Shown: positions 26,795 through 40,723 of the stretch, piece after piece
How the letters are laid out: every line of letters starts with the position of its first letter
Numbering within the stretch: the first letter of the stretch is position 1
Source: Octopus sinensis
Lineage: Eukaryota
NCBI RefSeq assembly: GCF_006345805.1
Contig: NC_042998.1
Location: 81,592,001 to 81,656,000, forward strand
Length of the DNA: 64,000 nt
Direction: 5' to 3'
Made by a program: the position numbers and the translations under genes
The notes under the pieces: model-generated
The model's database searches: none
What the model was told of the DNA's origin: nothing
The model's input: only the letters and a program-made list of their open reading frames with translations

Positions 26795-27557
26795 CTGTGT
26801 GTGTGTATATATACAAGTATGCAGAGTGTATACACGTTAATCATTTACCACTGTCAATATTTTATGGCTTTTAAAGCATTTTCTTTTTATTTAAGGACTC
26901 CATAATATTTGTATGTTGATTGTATTACTGATATTTCTAAATGTATCGTTACGCAGAATATATATTTGGCTTCTTTAAAATTTGTCTTTAAAAACAGAAA
27001 TCAGAAACTTTGCGTAGTGTCCTTCCCCACGAATCGTATTTATCTGAAAAGTTAAACAAAGTCATAAAAAAAGTATTATAATAGAATCAACAAAGGTATA
27101 GTAGGATTAATGATACCATCATGAGTAGTATAGTTTTTATGATTTTCTATACATTGCAGAAGACAGAAACCTTAAAATATTGTGTACAGTTATTTTTATA
27201 GATATCATATTGTAAATCACCATATATACTGGACAACATTCATATAGACAACCAGACAAATATACATCTTTGCATGTATGTATGTATATCAAAATTCAGT
27301 TTTATTTCAATATATCTTGCACATAAAGAAAGAACTGGTTTCCAACGTAGATCCAAGGTTCCTTCATTGGAAATTCAAAATCAACAACAGGGTATTTTTG
27401 TATGTATGTATGTATGTATGTATGTATGTATGTATGTATGTATGTATGTATGTATGTATGTATGTATGTATGTATGTATATGGGCAGATTTGTATGTTTT
27501 GTTAAGTGTATACATTCTCAATAGTATAGTTGCATATCTAGATATGCTCATATATAT

Positions 27558-28110
27558 TTAAATGATAAACTTCTGGAAACTTTTACAGATGTTTATATTT
27601 CCAGTAACTGATTGGATCTGTAGTCTTCGAATTAGCTTTCTCCTTTCTGGTTTTGAGAAGCCTAATTTCTCAATATTGGTATTTAGGTAGTGTGTTACAT
27701 ACCCCAAAGCCCCAATAATTACAAGTATAAACCTGAACTTGTAGACTACATAGAGTAACTGTAGATTTCTCAATAGCTCAGCGTAAGTATTGTCTTTTTC
27801 ACTGATCTTCAGCTTTATGTTAAACATATGCTGGGTAGCTAATTTCCACAACTGTACACAGTTTCTTGTCTCTATCCCAAATAATTATTTCATGTCTGTT
27901 GCGCTTACATTTTATTTAGGTCTTCGCTGGGACATTCCACCAGTATTCCCTTTTGTTATGAGTGGCTATGGCTTCTATTATACTGTAGGATTTTATTTCT
28001 TTGTCCTCGGGGTTATCCTTCCGACGGATTTCTTTATAGAGCGTCCTAGCCACAACATCGTGCTTCATTAGTAGATGCAACCATGATGCCATTTCCGGAC
28101 AACTACTTAC
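27558..28110 (-). mobile_element. R4/Dong-like (restriction-like endonuclease) LINE 3' fragment
   Basis: KISEKDNTYAELLRNLQLLY..YKFRF..VIIGALGYV..LGF..RLQ..G..ICK. Upstream HDVVARTLY and WWNVP-like motifs. Confidence 0.65.
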
Positions 28111-28349
28111 GATGTGGGTGATAAATTCTGTGTTACGGTATGTATGTCATTGTTCAGTTTTATTTCAAGATTACCTGCCAATAGAGAAAGAGTCGGTTTC
28201 CAACATACATTCATGGATCCTTCATTGGAATTTCAAGATCAACAACAGGTTATTACTGTTTGCTTGTATGGATGTATATATGTATTTATGTGTGTGTGTG
28301 TGTGTCTGTGCGTATAATATATATAAATATATATATAAGTTATGGTACA

Positions 28350-28424
28350 TAAACACACCAGCATCGATTGTCAAGCAATGCTAGGGGGACAAACACAGAC
28401 ACACAAACATACACACACACACAC

Positions 28425-28493
<69 letters not shown>

Positions 28494-28652
28494 CGACGGG
28501 CTTCTTTTCAGTTTCCGTCTACCAAATCCACTCACAAGGCTTTGGTCGGCTATAGTAGAAGACACTTGCCCAAGGTGCCACGCAGTGGGACTGAACCCGG
28601 AACCATGTGGTTGGTAAGCAAGCTATTTACCACACAGGCACTCCTCCGCCTA
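28350..28652 (-). mobile_element. SINE family B, 5' two-thirds
   Basis: Reverse complement matches 60956-61215. Confidence 0.85.
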
Positions 28653-28917
28653 TATCTATATAAACCTATAAAATTATTTCATAAGCCTTCAGCAAGTAGA
28701 AAAGTCTTCGATTAACTAAGACCATAACGTAATAAAAGCACAAATCTTGTCAAATACAGCTACCCAGGGTTTCTTGTAGGAAATGATACATTTCGCCATT
28801 TTGCAGGCTGAGAACAATATCGTTTTCAGATGTATAGCCGAAGCGCTAAGTTGCGGGGACGTAAACCCACCAACATCGGTTGACAAGCGGTGGTGGGGTG
28901 ACAAACACAAACACACA

Positions 28918-28980
<63 letters not shown>

Positions 28981-29161
28981 TATTTGCTAAAGGCAATATA
29001 TATTTTTCATGAGTTACTATTACCTTCATACGATGAAAACACCTGAGACAGCATTTCTTAATATTTCTGGTATCTTCACGCAATCCTGAGGCTGTGCCAG
29101 ATAGTATACTTTTTTGTTGACCTCATCATCACGGACCAATGCACTATATACATATACATAC

Positions 29162-29205
<44 letters not shown>

Positions 29206-29500
29206 TATCATCACGGACCATGCACTATATACATATACATACATAACATACATACATACTATATATATATATATTATATATTATATATATATATATATAT
29301 AATATGTATTATGTATGTTGTATATGTATATGTATATAGTGCATTGGTCCGTGATGATGAGGTCAACAAAAAGTATACTATCTGGCACAGCCTCAGGATT
29401 GCGTGAAGATACCAGAAATATTAAGAAATGCTGTCTCAGGTGTTTTCATCGTATGAAGGTAATAGTAACTCATGAAAAAATATATTGCCTTTAGCAAATA

Positions 29501-29540
<40 letters not shown>

Positions 29541-29950
29541 TGTGTGTGGTGTTTGTGTGTGTTGTGTGTGTTTGTGTTTGTCACCCCACCACCGCTTGTC
29601 AACCGATGTTGGTGGGTTTACGTCCCCGCAACTAGCGCTTCGGCTATACATCTGAAAACGATATTGTTCTCAGCCTGCAAAATGGCGAAAGTATCATTTC
29701 CTACAAGAAACCCTGGGTAGCTGTATTTGACAAGATTTGTGCTTTTATTACGTTATGGTCTTAGTTAATCGAAGACTTTTCTACTTGCTGAAGCTTATGA
29801 AATAATTTTATAGGTTTATATAGATATAGGCGGAGGAGTGCCTGTGTGGTAAATAGCTTGCTTACCAACCACATGGTTCCGGGTTCAGTCCCACTGCGTG
29901 GCACCTTGGGCAAGTGTCTTCTACTATAGCCGACCAAAGCCTTGTGAGTG
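28529..29950. repeat. Large inverted duplication (~640-bp arms, AT-microsatellite spacer)
   Basis: 28529-~29170 is the reverse complement of ~29320-29950. The arms include SINE B pieces and unique-looking DNA. Confidence 0.9.
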
Positions 29951-30029
29951 TGTGTATGTATGTATGTATATATATATATATAATTTTAGGCTTATATATA
30001 GTTTTAGTTTCTAGTTTTAGGCTTAAACA

Positions 30030-30674
30030 TTAGGCGGGTTGCACAACGCTGTCCAGTAAAATTTGGTAATTGAAAGAAAAAATATCGAATTTAACCTAAA
30101 ATGGGATATAATAAGAAAGGCCCAGCCTTATAAAAATAGTAGGGATGGATGTGAACTTTCTTCTATGGAGACATGAAATTTTGAAACATAGGAATAATAT
30201 AAACTTATTGAATAACCGTTCTGAATTAGAATATCCTGCATACATTGTGCCACCCGTACTTTTAAGTATTTTAAATAATAGCATTCTGACTATTCCTAAA
30301 TTTTCAAATCTTAATATTTTGTAACCAATTAAAGAATTAATATACCATACTAGCTTTATTATTAAGATTATTAAGAAATTTTATAATATAAATAAATTTG
30401 AATAGAGTGAATTTAGAATCTTTTGATACTTTCCTATATAGGACTGCATATATTCTATATATATAGTGAAATTATTTAGTTCATCTTGATTACCTCTCTT
30501 CCATTACATTTTGATATAGCTTATAGATTCTTGATATATGTGCTAATTGATAAGGTTTTATTTTTACTGTTAAAAAAATTATGTCTAACATATTCTTTTA
30601 ATTTAACTCATTAATAAAATAAATCACTATTTACTGACTAACTATGAACCTATATTAATAGAAATTAATATATA

Positions 30675-30729
<55 letters not shown>

Positions 30730-31489
30730 GAAATATAAAATGATTTCTATATTTTCTACCCCCTATATAAGATACTAAAATTCATTAGAATCCTTTGGAA
30801 AAAACTATCTGAGGGATATGTATTTCAAATTCGCAAAGTGAATTGTGGCTGTTAAATGGTAAACGATGTTAGGACTCTCTAGAGCATTTGTAGTCTCTAT
30901 TCTCCCTACTCCACTAGCTTCAGCCTACCAACTTTAGCTAAAATATATTCGAATATGCCTAAGTTAAGTTCCTCATAATAGGAAGGATTTATGGCTTTGA
31001 CATTTGTACTACCCCTTCCTCTATCTATAAATACAAAAATGCTTCTTTGTCTCCATTGAACCAGATGAAGAAACCCCCTCCCCATTGATAAATCTAAATA
31101 ACAAAGTGAACTCAGTGATAACAAATCTACAGATGGAGAAGGACCTTCTACTACCATGTTCTTAATGATAAAATTAACCTCTCTGTCTATATATCTACCA
31201 TCTTTGTAATGTTGGCAAATGAAATAAGTATAAAAAATGTACATTGTCCATTTAATTAAAAGAAATTCTATATGTGGCTGAAGATTGCTTTACATTTTAA
31301 AACTGATGTAATACTTACATTGTTTAATAAAATGAAGTAGGATGAAACGATTGTACCACACTACCTTGAATATCCTTGTTGCTTATTTTGATTATAATCA
31401 CCCCATTTGATTTATATGGATAATACCATACCAAATTCTGGTGCCTTTAACTTAAGTACCAAATTCATCTGAATCTAAATTTTGCTGAA

Positions 31490-31490
<1 letters not shown>
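30030..31490 (-). mobile_element. Possible highly decayed L1/Tx1-like LINE 3' region
   Basis: Strand-biased composition and fragments such as RLFNKFILFLCFKISCLHRRK. No firm catalytic motif seen. Confidence 0.3.
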
Positions 31491-31531
<41 letters not shown>

Positions 31532-31537
31532 TTCAGG

Positions 31538-31752
31538 AGGCGCAGGAGTGGCTGTGTGGTAAGTAACTTGCTTACCAACCACATGGTTCCGGGTTCAGTC
31601 CCACTGCGTCCCCGTCACTTAGCAGTTCGGCAAAAGAGACCGATAGAATAAGTACTGGGCTTACAAAGAATAAGTCCTGGAGTCGATTTGCTCGACTAAA
31701 GGCGGTGCTCCAGCATGGCCGCAGTCAAATGACCGAAACAAGTAAAAGAGTA
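31538..31752 (+). mobile_element. SINE family B with internal deletion
   Basis: Head ...CCCACTGCGT joins directly to CCCCGTCACTTAGC, lacking ~190 bp relative to the 60956 copy. Confidence 0.85.
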
Positions 31753-31825
31753 TATATATATATATATTATATATATATAATATATATATATATGTATATA
31801 TATATACAAACACACACGCACACAC

Positions 31826-31891
<66 letters not shown>

Positions 31892-31904
31892 CATATATAT
31901 ATAC

Positions 31905-32700
31905 AGGAAAAAGGAGGCAGTTAGAATTTGAGTTAATAGTTTATTACCGCTTTCGTCCGGTCTTAAGGACTCTTCGGATAAGTTTTACCGAAACTTTCTT
32001 TACCTTTTCCACAAATCGAAAAGTTGTTTTTCTGTTTAGAAAAGGAGAAAGAGTAAAAGAGAAAGGGAGGGAAGAGAGGAGGAGAGAGGAATATAGAGAG
32101 GCAGAAAGGAGAAAATAAAGTAGGAGAAAGTATGTATTTCAGGATGGCTAAATGGATGATGCTAAATGTCATTTCAAGATGTCGATTTTGTTAATTAAAA
32201 AAGAGGGAAAGAAAGGAAGGACGAGAAAGAGAAAGAAAAGAGAACAGAAAAAGAAAAGGGACAGAAAGCTTGAGAGCAAGTGGTTTCTTTTCAATTACAT
32301 TGTAACGATGTGATCAACCTGTTGAAGTTTAATTCGAGATTTCATTCTTGATACAGTCGTTACTTTTCGGAACTTTGCTAACGTGCACGAAACCACAGCC
32401 AACACATCCTACAAAAGGAACTACGTAAGACTCCACTATTTCTAAACGCCTAGAAATATATGGTGAAGGTAAATTCAAGCCCCTTCCCTTCTAGAAATTT
32501 CTAAGGGATGACCCTAAGTAATCAGATGTGGATTCTTGTGAATTCTTGTAGGTTGATAATGGGAAAGGAATGACCCAAAATCCGAAAGCCAATGAAACTG
32601 CATTTTATCAAAAACGTCTCACCAAAACTAAACGTTTCAAAGAAACACAAAGACAATATGCATAAACACACTTCCAAATGAGACAGACTATGGACACTAC
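31905..32700 (-). mobile_element. Decayed PLE 3' end (GIY-YIG remnant plus HHR-containing 3' repeat)
   Basis: FIG..HSF.., GLEFT, CRMC and KRNHLLS fragments in PLE endonuclease order, upstream of the HHR at 31941. Ends at (TA)n. Confidence 0.5.
31941..31981 (-). ncRNA. Minimal type I hammerhead ribozyme, decayed
   Basis: Minus strand: UUAU-CCGAAGA-GUCC(UUAAGACC)GGAC-GAAA-GCGG-UA-AUAA. Two deviations from consensus (U4C; C to G in stem III). Confidence 0.6.
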
Positions 32701-32845
32701 ATATGTATCTCACACAACTACCGTACCTATCTAACTTTCCCGGAAAATACGACCGGAACAAAATAATACGAGTACTTGAATACTCAAGTTTGGCCCTCTC
32801 CAAACATCATTTTGTATGAAATCAACCAAGAGAGGAGTGAAAATA

Positions 32846-33404
32846 CAGGGTTATTAAAAATGAAGCGATTTCATTGCGTGATATTTTAATAGGGAAAAGT
32901 AATAGAAAGCTCCATCTAAGTCATAAGTATTTACTCAAAATCAACTTTTGTTTCCTGTCTTACAAGTGTTCAATGTGGCCACCACCTGCAGCAAGGGCAA
33001 CATTAATGCAATAAGAGAATTCCTCCCAGACGCGTATCAGCATATCACGATCCACTAAGTTGATCGCTGTTGTTATTCGATGTTTTTGATTTTTGTTTTT
33101 GTGGGGATATGCAAAAGATTGCATTTATGTTCCACCGCTACCCATTAATCTCGATGGCCTTAAACATTGAATAACAACAGCAATCAACTCAGTGAATTGT
33201 GATATGCTGCTACGTATCTAGGAGGAATTCTCTTATCATATTGATGTTGCCCGTACTGCAGGTGGTGGTCACATTGAACACTTGTAAGACAGGAAATAAA
33301 AGTTGATTATGAGTAAATATTTGACTTAGCTGGAGATTTCTATTGCTGTTCTTTATTAAAATATTTCATAATGAAATCTGTTCATTTTGTTTTGAATAAC
33401 CCTG
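32846..33404. mobile_element. Tc1/mariner-derived MITE with ~240-bp inverted arms
   Basis: TA|CAGGGTTATT...AATAACCCTG|TA. The right half encodes a transposase C-terminus remnant (D.FLWGY.KD..YVPPLP...GGHIEHL*). Confidence 0.85.
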
Positions 33405-33829
33405 TATGTTGTCATTGGAAGTCGGACATTTTAGATTTATTTCATATTTTATAATTGTGACTGTACTTACTTAAGAATCACCTTTTCAATCTTCAACTCT
33501 CGCTAAAATGTAATGTGCATATTTACAAACATGTTAATATATATATATAATAACAGAAGAAGAGGGAGAGAGAAAGAGATGCTTTCAAAATCAATGGCTG
33601 AATCAAAAATGACATCTTGAATTGTAATTAAACTTGATCACATCGATAGAATATAATCGAAAAGAAGCTTCTTTCTCTCTGATTTTTCCCCTTTCATTTC
33701 TTTCTCTTTCGTTCTTGTCCTTCTTCCTGTCTTTCTCTCTTATTCCTTTTGTTCAAAAACAAAATTAACATCTTGAAATATCATATCACGCACGTTATAC
33801 CAAACATAGAAATGCTTCAAATCATTAAC

Positions 33830-34915
33830 ATTCTCCAGATGGTGCTCATATGAACATTTTTAAAAGCTTTGGATAAAATGAAGACTAGAGCCGAACAAAC
33901 AGAAGGGATACCAAGCAGTGTAATTAATAATGTCATGGAAAAGTTGCATTGCTGATTCTCTGCCTAAAAGGAAACGCTTGAGAGAATGATAAGGCGATCG
34001 ATCAAGAACGATTGACGATAGAAAAAACTTGGGCATGACAACACGTGGAGAAAATTTTCAGCTTTACGAAGCTACCACTGTTTCTATTTTATCGTCAGAA
34101 AAAATAATTGAAATTGCTCTGTAGTAAACAAACATGGTTTGGCGATGGCACATTTGACTCTGCTCCCCTAGGCAAATAACTGTATACTATACACGCTATT
34201 GTTTCAGGGAGTAAAGCCTTGCCATTGATGTGTTGCATTGCAAGAAACAAAGAAGAGAAAATGTTTGACGAAAGTTTTACATTTTTGAAAAGCAAAGGTG
34301 TTCAGGATCCGGATACAATAGCAATTGACTTCGAACGAGCAACTTTCCTAATATATCAATATTGGGTTCGTTCTTTCATTTTGTGCAATTTTTATGGCAC
34401 AATACCCAGTTTTGTGGACTGCAATACAAGTATGTTGAAACCAGTCGCGCCTTATTCATCAAGCAGTTACAAGCATTTGCTTTTGTCCCACCTGTAGATG
34501 TGCATCAATTATTTAACGAATTGGTGAATTCCTTAGATGTCGAAACTGATGAGTTATTAAAGTAATTATCTTGTTTAGGAATAATCCAGAGAAGGTGTCG
34601 AAGGAAAGCAATTATTGATGTTGATTTGTGGACTGTTCACACTCGAGTTCATGATAATTTGCTGAGAACAAACAATTCTCTCGAAGGCTGGCATCAGGTT
34701 TTTTAAAAAAAGACTTTACGTAACTCATCCCACAATCACCAAGGTTGTTAGAAATGAGCAGGCATCCCATCATATGCTAATGGAGCAGGCTACTATAGAG
34801 ATGTATCACGACCTAACAAAAATATGATACAATTAGCGATAGGATAAAAACTATTTGTGGTTCTTGTAATAAAGAAGGCTTGGTGTTTCTATGATATTTG
34901 GCTCACAAGTTTTAA
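33830..34915 (+). pseudogene. MULE (Mutator-like) transposase remnant
   Basis: WFGDGTFDSAP..LYTIH, LPLMCCI..NK, PDTIAIDFERA, FFHFVQFLW, AFAFVPPVDV and RTNNSLEGWH, with stops and frameshifts. Confidence 0.85.
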
Positions 34916-35087
34916 ATACCCCTATCTTTTCTCTTGTACATTTTAATATGCTAATTGTAATAATTTTAAACTCAAGATCTGATCATATTATTTTTGTATG
35001 TTTACATCGTATATTCAGTAATGAAACCTATTAAAAAAGTGGCTCTATGCATCTATTTTTCTATATCCTGTCCGTGTACCGTGTACC

Positions 35088-35123
<36 letters not shown>

Positions 35124-35854
35124 CCAGCAAATCACGCATGTATATATATGCGTGTATGTGCATATAGTGACCACAAACTAAGCTATAATACTTGAAATAA
35201 GTAAGAGATGGATTTATTTAAGATTTATTTGTTTGCCTGTCTGGGAAAATACAGCGTCATGAAAATAGCCTAACTTTCTCGCAATTATAACTGCAAAATA
35301 GCTTGGAATTTTTTTCGCTATCTGCTTAAGCGTGGACTGTCACCTACTTTTCCATACAGAATGTTCTTTTACTCTTTAGTTAAGAATAGTAAAACTTCTA
35401 ATTGTTATATATAACAATTAACAGGATATAAATTAACAGGATATATTGGACTGATACCTTTTACTTTGCATATAACATACTGGATGGCTATGAATTTCAT
35501 GTAACAGTATTTATGTATGGCAGAAGCTTAACGGCACATAATAGAAATGATTGCCTTTGATCAGCATGTAACACATTCTCTGGCTCAAAAACGTTGACCT
35601 GCTAAATGCAGAAGAAGGGTGTCTAAATTTTTGTTGTACAGAGTCAATTATAAGATTAAAATAGTTACAAAGATAAACTGATGCAATTGCAGACTGCGCA
35701 ACTAGTTCTATTAATCAAGTGACGACATTATTTTCCTCTGGTATAATGTTGACATGCCCGAGCACATTCACATCTCAAACGAGTTAGAACCTATATTCAC
35801 TGCATAATATGCCGACACTTCATTCTAAGAAACGTTCAGAAATGTGTAATATAT

Positions 35855-36570
35855 ATCCTTTTCTACTCTAGACACAAGGCTCGAAATTTTGGGGGAGGGT
35901 CCAGTCGATTAGATCGACTCCAGTACGCAACTGGTTCTTAATTTATCAACCCCGAAAGGGTGAAAGGTAAAGTCGACCTCGGCGGAATTTGAAATCAGAA
36001 CGTGAAGATGGGCGAAATACCTATTTCTTTACTACCCACAAGGGACTAAACACAGAATGGACAAACAAGGACAGACAAACGGATTAAGTCGATTGCATCG
36101 ACCCCAGTGCGTAATTGGTACTTAATTTATCGACCCCGAAAGGAGGAAAGGTAAAGTCGACCTGCGCGGAATTTGAACTCAGAACGTAACGGCAGACGAA
36201 ATACCGCTAAGCATTTCGCCCGGCGTGCTGACCTTTCTGCTAACTTATGTGTAATATATATTAGTGACAAACACATTACATGACAACAATGAAGGACATG
36301 CCTTAGGGCGGCGAGCTGGCAGATTAGGGCGGTGAGCTGGCAGAAGGGCGGCACGCTGTCAGAATTGTTAGCACGCCGAACGAAATGTTCAGTGATATTT
36401 CGTCTGCCGAGGTAAATTTCCGCCGAGGTCGACTTAGCCTTTCATTCTTTCGGGGTCGATAAAAATAAGTACCAGTTACGCACTGGGGTCGATGTAATCG
36501 ACTTAATGTCTTTGTCTCTCCTTGTTTGTTCCGTCTATGTTTAGCCCCCTGTGGGCAATAAAGAAATAAA
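35855..36570. mobile_element. Cluster of SINE family A copies (two minus, one plus)
   Basis: 35855-36020 (-), 36020-36242 (-) and 36306-36570 (+, with a tandemly repeated GGCGGCGAGCTGGCAG head). Confidence 0.85.
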
Positions 36571-36637
36571 TGTAGGGCATACTTTTCAGGAAAGGCAAGG
36601 ATTTATTATCAGTTTGCTTAACTGAAATGTTGCAGTA

Positions 36638-36751
<114 letters not shown>

Positions 36752-37839
36752 AATATATATCTAAATATCTATCTCTATCTCCATCTATCTATCTATCTAA
36801 TTTCAAAAATTTAAGAAAAATACAGCAAACGGAAGATTTTAGAAAAACGTAACAGGAAATTCGTAGTCAACTAAAACACACACCATCATTCACATATACA
36901 TAAGAAACGCCAGCAGTATGCACTAATTACATAATTTACGCTGCCCATAAACTGAGGGACACACAGAATATCGAAGTAGTACAAGATAATTTAATTTGAT
37001 ATAAAAATGCAATATATATGCTTCTCGAATGGAGGATGCTACCCACACCAGGCAATATAAACATGGAGATACTGATATAAAATCTCCGTTAGAAGTTTAA
37101 AAATTAGCGATAAACAACAACTATGATGATGATGATGATGATGATGATAACAATTATTACCAATGCTCTTAGTTCGAGTAGAATTTTATTGTTAGTATTA
37201 TATGAATGTTAGACATGCATTTTCTAACCGTGACAATTAACAAAAGAGCTTGGGAAAAAGTAGAAAGCAGCAAAGTGCTAACGGTGTAAGTGATACACTC
37301 ACTTCAAAATTTATTGATTTTTTTTTGTTACCACATATAATTAATGTTTTACAAGTGTTTATACTAGTTTACATTTCTATACCAATTGTAAATAAACTAT
37401 CGAAGCACCAGACTGATTCTGTCTACGTGTACAAAGTTAATGAAGCATCAGACGGCTTCAGTCTTTGTATACTCAACAAATGACAAGCTATATAAACAAA
37501 AAAGCTGTATCATTTAGCCCAAGGTCATAAAGAGAATACGAACATTACACGTGGTTCATAAAAAGTTCCAAGCACGGATAATGCAAGCGACTGCCATGCT
37601 GGAAACAAACAAACCGGCGCCCAGCACCAATGATAACAATAAGAAATTCAACTTTACACCTCAAATCAGGTAGCTAAAACAGAAGGAAATAATGATACGA
37701 GAGGAACGCGTTTGTATTCTGCATGCATATTTTACAGCCGCATTCTACACAAGATCCAAATGATACTAAGCCAATTTTCTTGAATAAAATTGTAGAGAGA
37801 AAGTGATCGATAAAATCAAACTATTTAGTAAGGAGATCT

Positions 37840-38292
37840 CTTATCTTTTACCAGTTTTGGATAGCAGCCATCTGGGACAGCGACTTGAACAATTCAATAC
37901 CAGTACCTATTTGTTAAGTCTGGTACGTACTCCATCGGTCTGTGTCTCCAAGCCGCTTACGTTATGGGGTTGTGAACAAATGCTAGAAGAGCTTGTGAAG
38001 AGATGATGGGGGAAAGCACAAACTTAATACAAAGATTTGCTCACCTAAACATACAATACAAAGATTCGCATACACAAAATACAATACAAAGATTTGCTCA
38101 CACAAAAATATAATGCAAACATTCGCACACACAAGTACAAGGATTTGCACACAGGTACACACCCAGTTTCCGCTACGAACGAAACTCAGAAAGCATTTGT
38201 CGGTCTGGGGCTGTAGTAGATATCATTTACTGTAGATGGCGATCAGTTGGATTGAATCTGAAACCATGTGGTTACGAAACAAGCTTCTTAAT
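37840..38292 (-). mobile_element. Decayed SINE family B containing a 28-29-bp minisatellite
   Basis: SINE B blocks flank about five copies of AATACAAAGATT(T/C)GC.CAC.CAAAATAC at 38026-38152. Confidence 0.6.
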
Positions 38293-40356
38293 TACAATTT
38301 AAAAGTATTAAGAAGTGAAGCAGATACCCACAAAATGTAAAAACATTCAGCAGTACATAATTTCTAATATAATCAGAAGAACGTAATATTGGAAGAGTTA
38401 ATCAATTACAACGAATATAGTTCTTCAGTGGTTTTTATTAAACGATTACATAAAAGTGAAAGGCAAAGCTGATTATAGCAGGATTTGAATTCAGAAAGTA
38501 GCTATTGATTAATGGTACGTAATTTTTTAAAAAATCGGGTATGTATTTCTAATTACATTTTTTATGTTCACTACATGAATGCTTAATATCCTGTAAGACA
38601 CAGTACCACGCATGTCTGAATTCGTCAGTCCTGAACAGCACGGTATCTCGCAAACCGTAATAACATTGTTTACATTAATTCTGAAATAAGCTGAAATTAC
38701 CGACTACAAGGAAGAAAACTGTAATTCCTTTTTTTCTATCATTCATTTCTGTTATGCAGGAAGATCGTTACAGAAGTCCGCTTTTGTATTATAATAGTAA
38801 AACCAAATATTATGATTTAAATTATGTAACCTTGGTATAAATAGTATGTTTTGTTCGCGACGTAATTCCTCTCTAATACATTCTTCAGAATATTCTATCT
38901 CTACGAGTTAGTATAAAGTAGGGTGCGTGTTAGTGACGCCCTCGTTGCTACCGTAATAAATACATTGGAATTTCTGTTTTAATAAAGAGGTCCAATGAAA
39001 CCGAGAGCCTACAGTTATGTCTTTTACTTTCTGGAATAATTAAAATAGCACTAATTATTGCCTAATATTCTATATTACTCAATGATTAATTAATGATCAT
39101 TAACTCTTAATGTTCACTGCATATGCAGAAACCTGCCTAGTTAATAAGTTTTGATAAAGTAATAAAGATAGATTAATAATTCTGTATCACAGGCTATGAT
39201 GTCATCATACAACTCAGTTATCTTGACAAGTTTATAATTATTGTCCAGAGACCTCAGCTGTTAAAATCCAATGCTTTCTTCATGCCTATAATGATGATGT
39301 ATACGTTTGCAGTTTTTGCCAGCAGTACTTTTGTATCATTAGCTGGAGAACTACGGTTTACTGTGACAACCCAATTAACGTTTCAAAATATAATTGATAA
39401 TTGATTCATAAAAGGGCATTGACCACACATCTAAAGTCAGAGCCTCTTTATAATTCATTTATGATATCCTTGCCTGACATCACTCATTGATGGTATGAAG
39501 ATATCGCCAGATAGCTAAGTATTATGCTACACAACCTAAGTCCGTGCTATTGCTTGCTAAAACTATGTGTTACCTCCATTTAGATAATTAAAAACAAAAT
39601 CATTTATAGGAAACCTAGAATTAACCAGTTTCCATCGTGTGTAAAGTGACTGAAAGTATAACGTTCCAATGAATGGGGGCGGCTGCCCTGTTACAGAATT
39701 CAACACTAGCCATTTTGTAGGGAAAGGGCATGTCAATCACAAAGATCCCAAAACCTGACTGGTACGCTATTTGTAATGACATCAAAAGGATTAACAGAAT
39801 ACGGAACTTCGACAAGATTTGAATTCAGACCTTAAAAATCTGGAAGAAACACACTAATCATTTCGTCCGGCGTGCTACCTGTTCTGTCAACTAGATATCT
39901 TAAATAATTTTTCAATTTAATTTTGACACACAGCCGGTAATTTCGAAGTGAGCATTGTCCTCCAATATTTAACTGGTACTTATTTTACCAGCCCCGAAGG
40001 GATGAGCGGCAGATTCAAATTTGGTGGCATTTGAACTCAAACCGTAAAGAGCCGGAAGAAATACCATTAAGCATTTTCGTCCGCCATATAAACGATTCTG
40101 CCTGCAAATCGCCTTAGATGATTTCTAGCATTTATACGCATTCCTATACGTATGCATATACCATTATCTGTATAGCAATACTACGTTTTGAAACTCTCAA
40201 GCAGTTATAGTTTAATTTTTGTCTATGAGCCTCATATGCATTTAAATTACATTACAGGTATCAAGAATACAGAAAGATTTATGTGTGAAGTAGTTATTTA
40301 GATACAAATAACTGAAAACCGAACAAAAAGAATATAGTGACTCTTCTGTTTCTTTA

Positions 40357-40388
<32 letters not shown>

Positions 40389-40567
40389 TAATACCCACGT
40401 CGACTTTCTTTTGCTGAAGAATGTAAAAATGCTTTGGTGAACACAGGATTTAAAACTGTGCAAACATACAAACATACATATATACATATATACATACATA
40501 CATGAATGCATATATGTGTGTGCTTTTGCGTGTATATATATAATATGTGATAATTAGTTGGTTGACA

Positions 40568-40630
40568 TAATAAAACTCAGAGCTTCGGATGCTGGGGCTG
40601 AAGTCTGCTCCGGCATCTCATCAGTAATTA
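40568..40630 (-). ncRNA. Mirror hammerhead-like motif
   Basis: Minus strand: UAAUUA-CUGAUGA-GAUGCCG...CAGCAUC-C-GAAG-CUCUGAG-UU-UUAUUA. Confidence 0.55.
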
Positions 40631-40660
40631 AGACTGACAAAAATACATTTTTGTTTGTCT

Positions 40661-40723
40661 TAATAACTGATGAGATGCCGGAGCAGTCTTCAGCCACGGC
40701 ATCCGAATCTCTGAGTTTTATTA
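40661..40723 (+). ncRNA. Type I hammerhead ribozyme-like motif (position 15.1 mutated)
   Basis: UAAUAA-CUGAUGA-GAUGCCG(16 nt)CGGCAUC-C-GAAU-CUCUGAG-UU-UUAUUA. 6-bp stem I, 7-bp stem II. Confidence 0.6.

Noticed and set aside
38026-38152. Regular ~28-bp repeats resembling a CRISPR array
   Set aside because: Adjacent units with no unique spacers, no cas genes, eukaryotic context.
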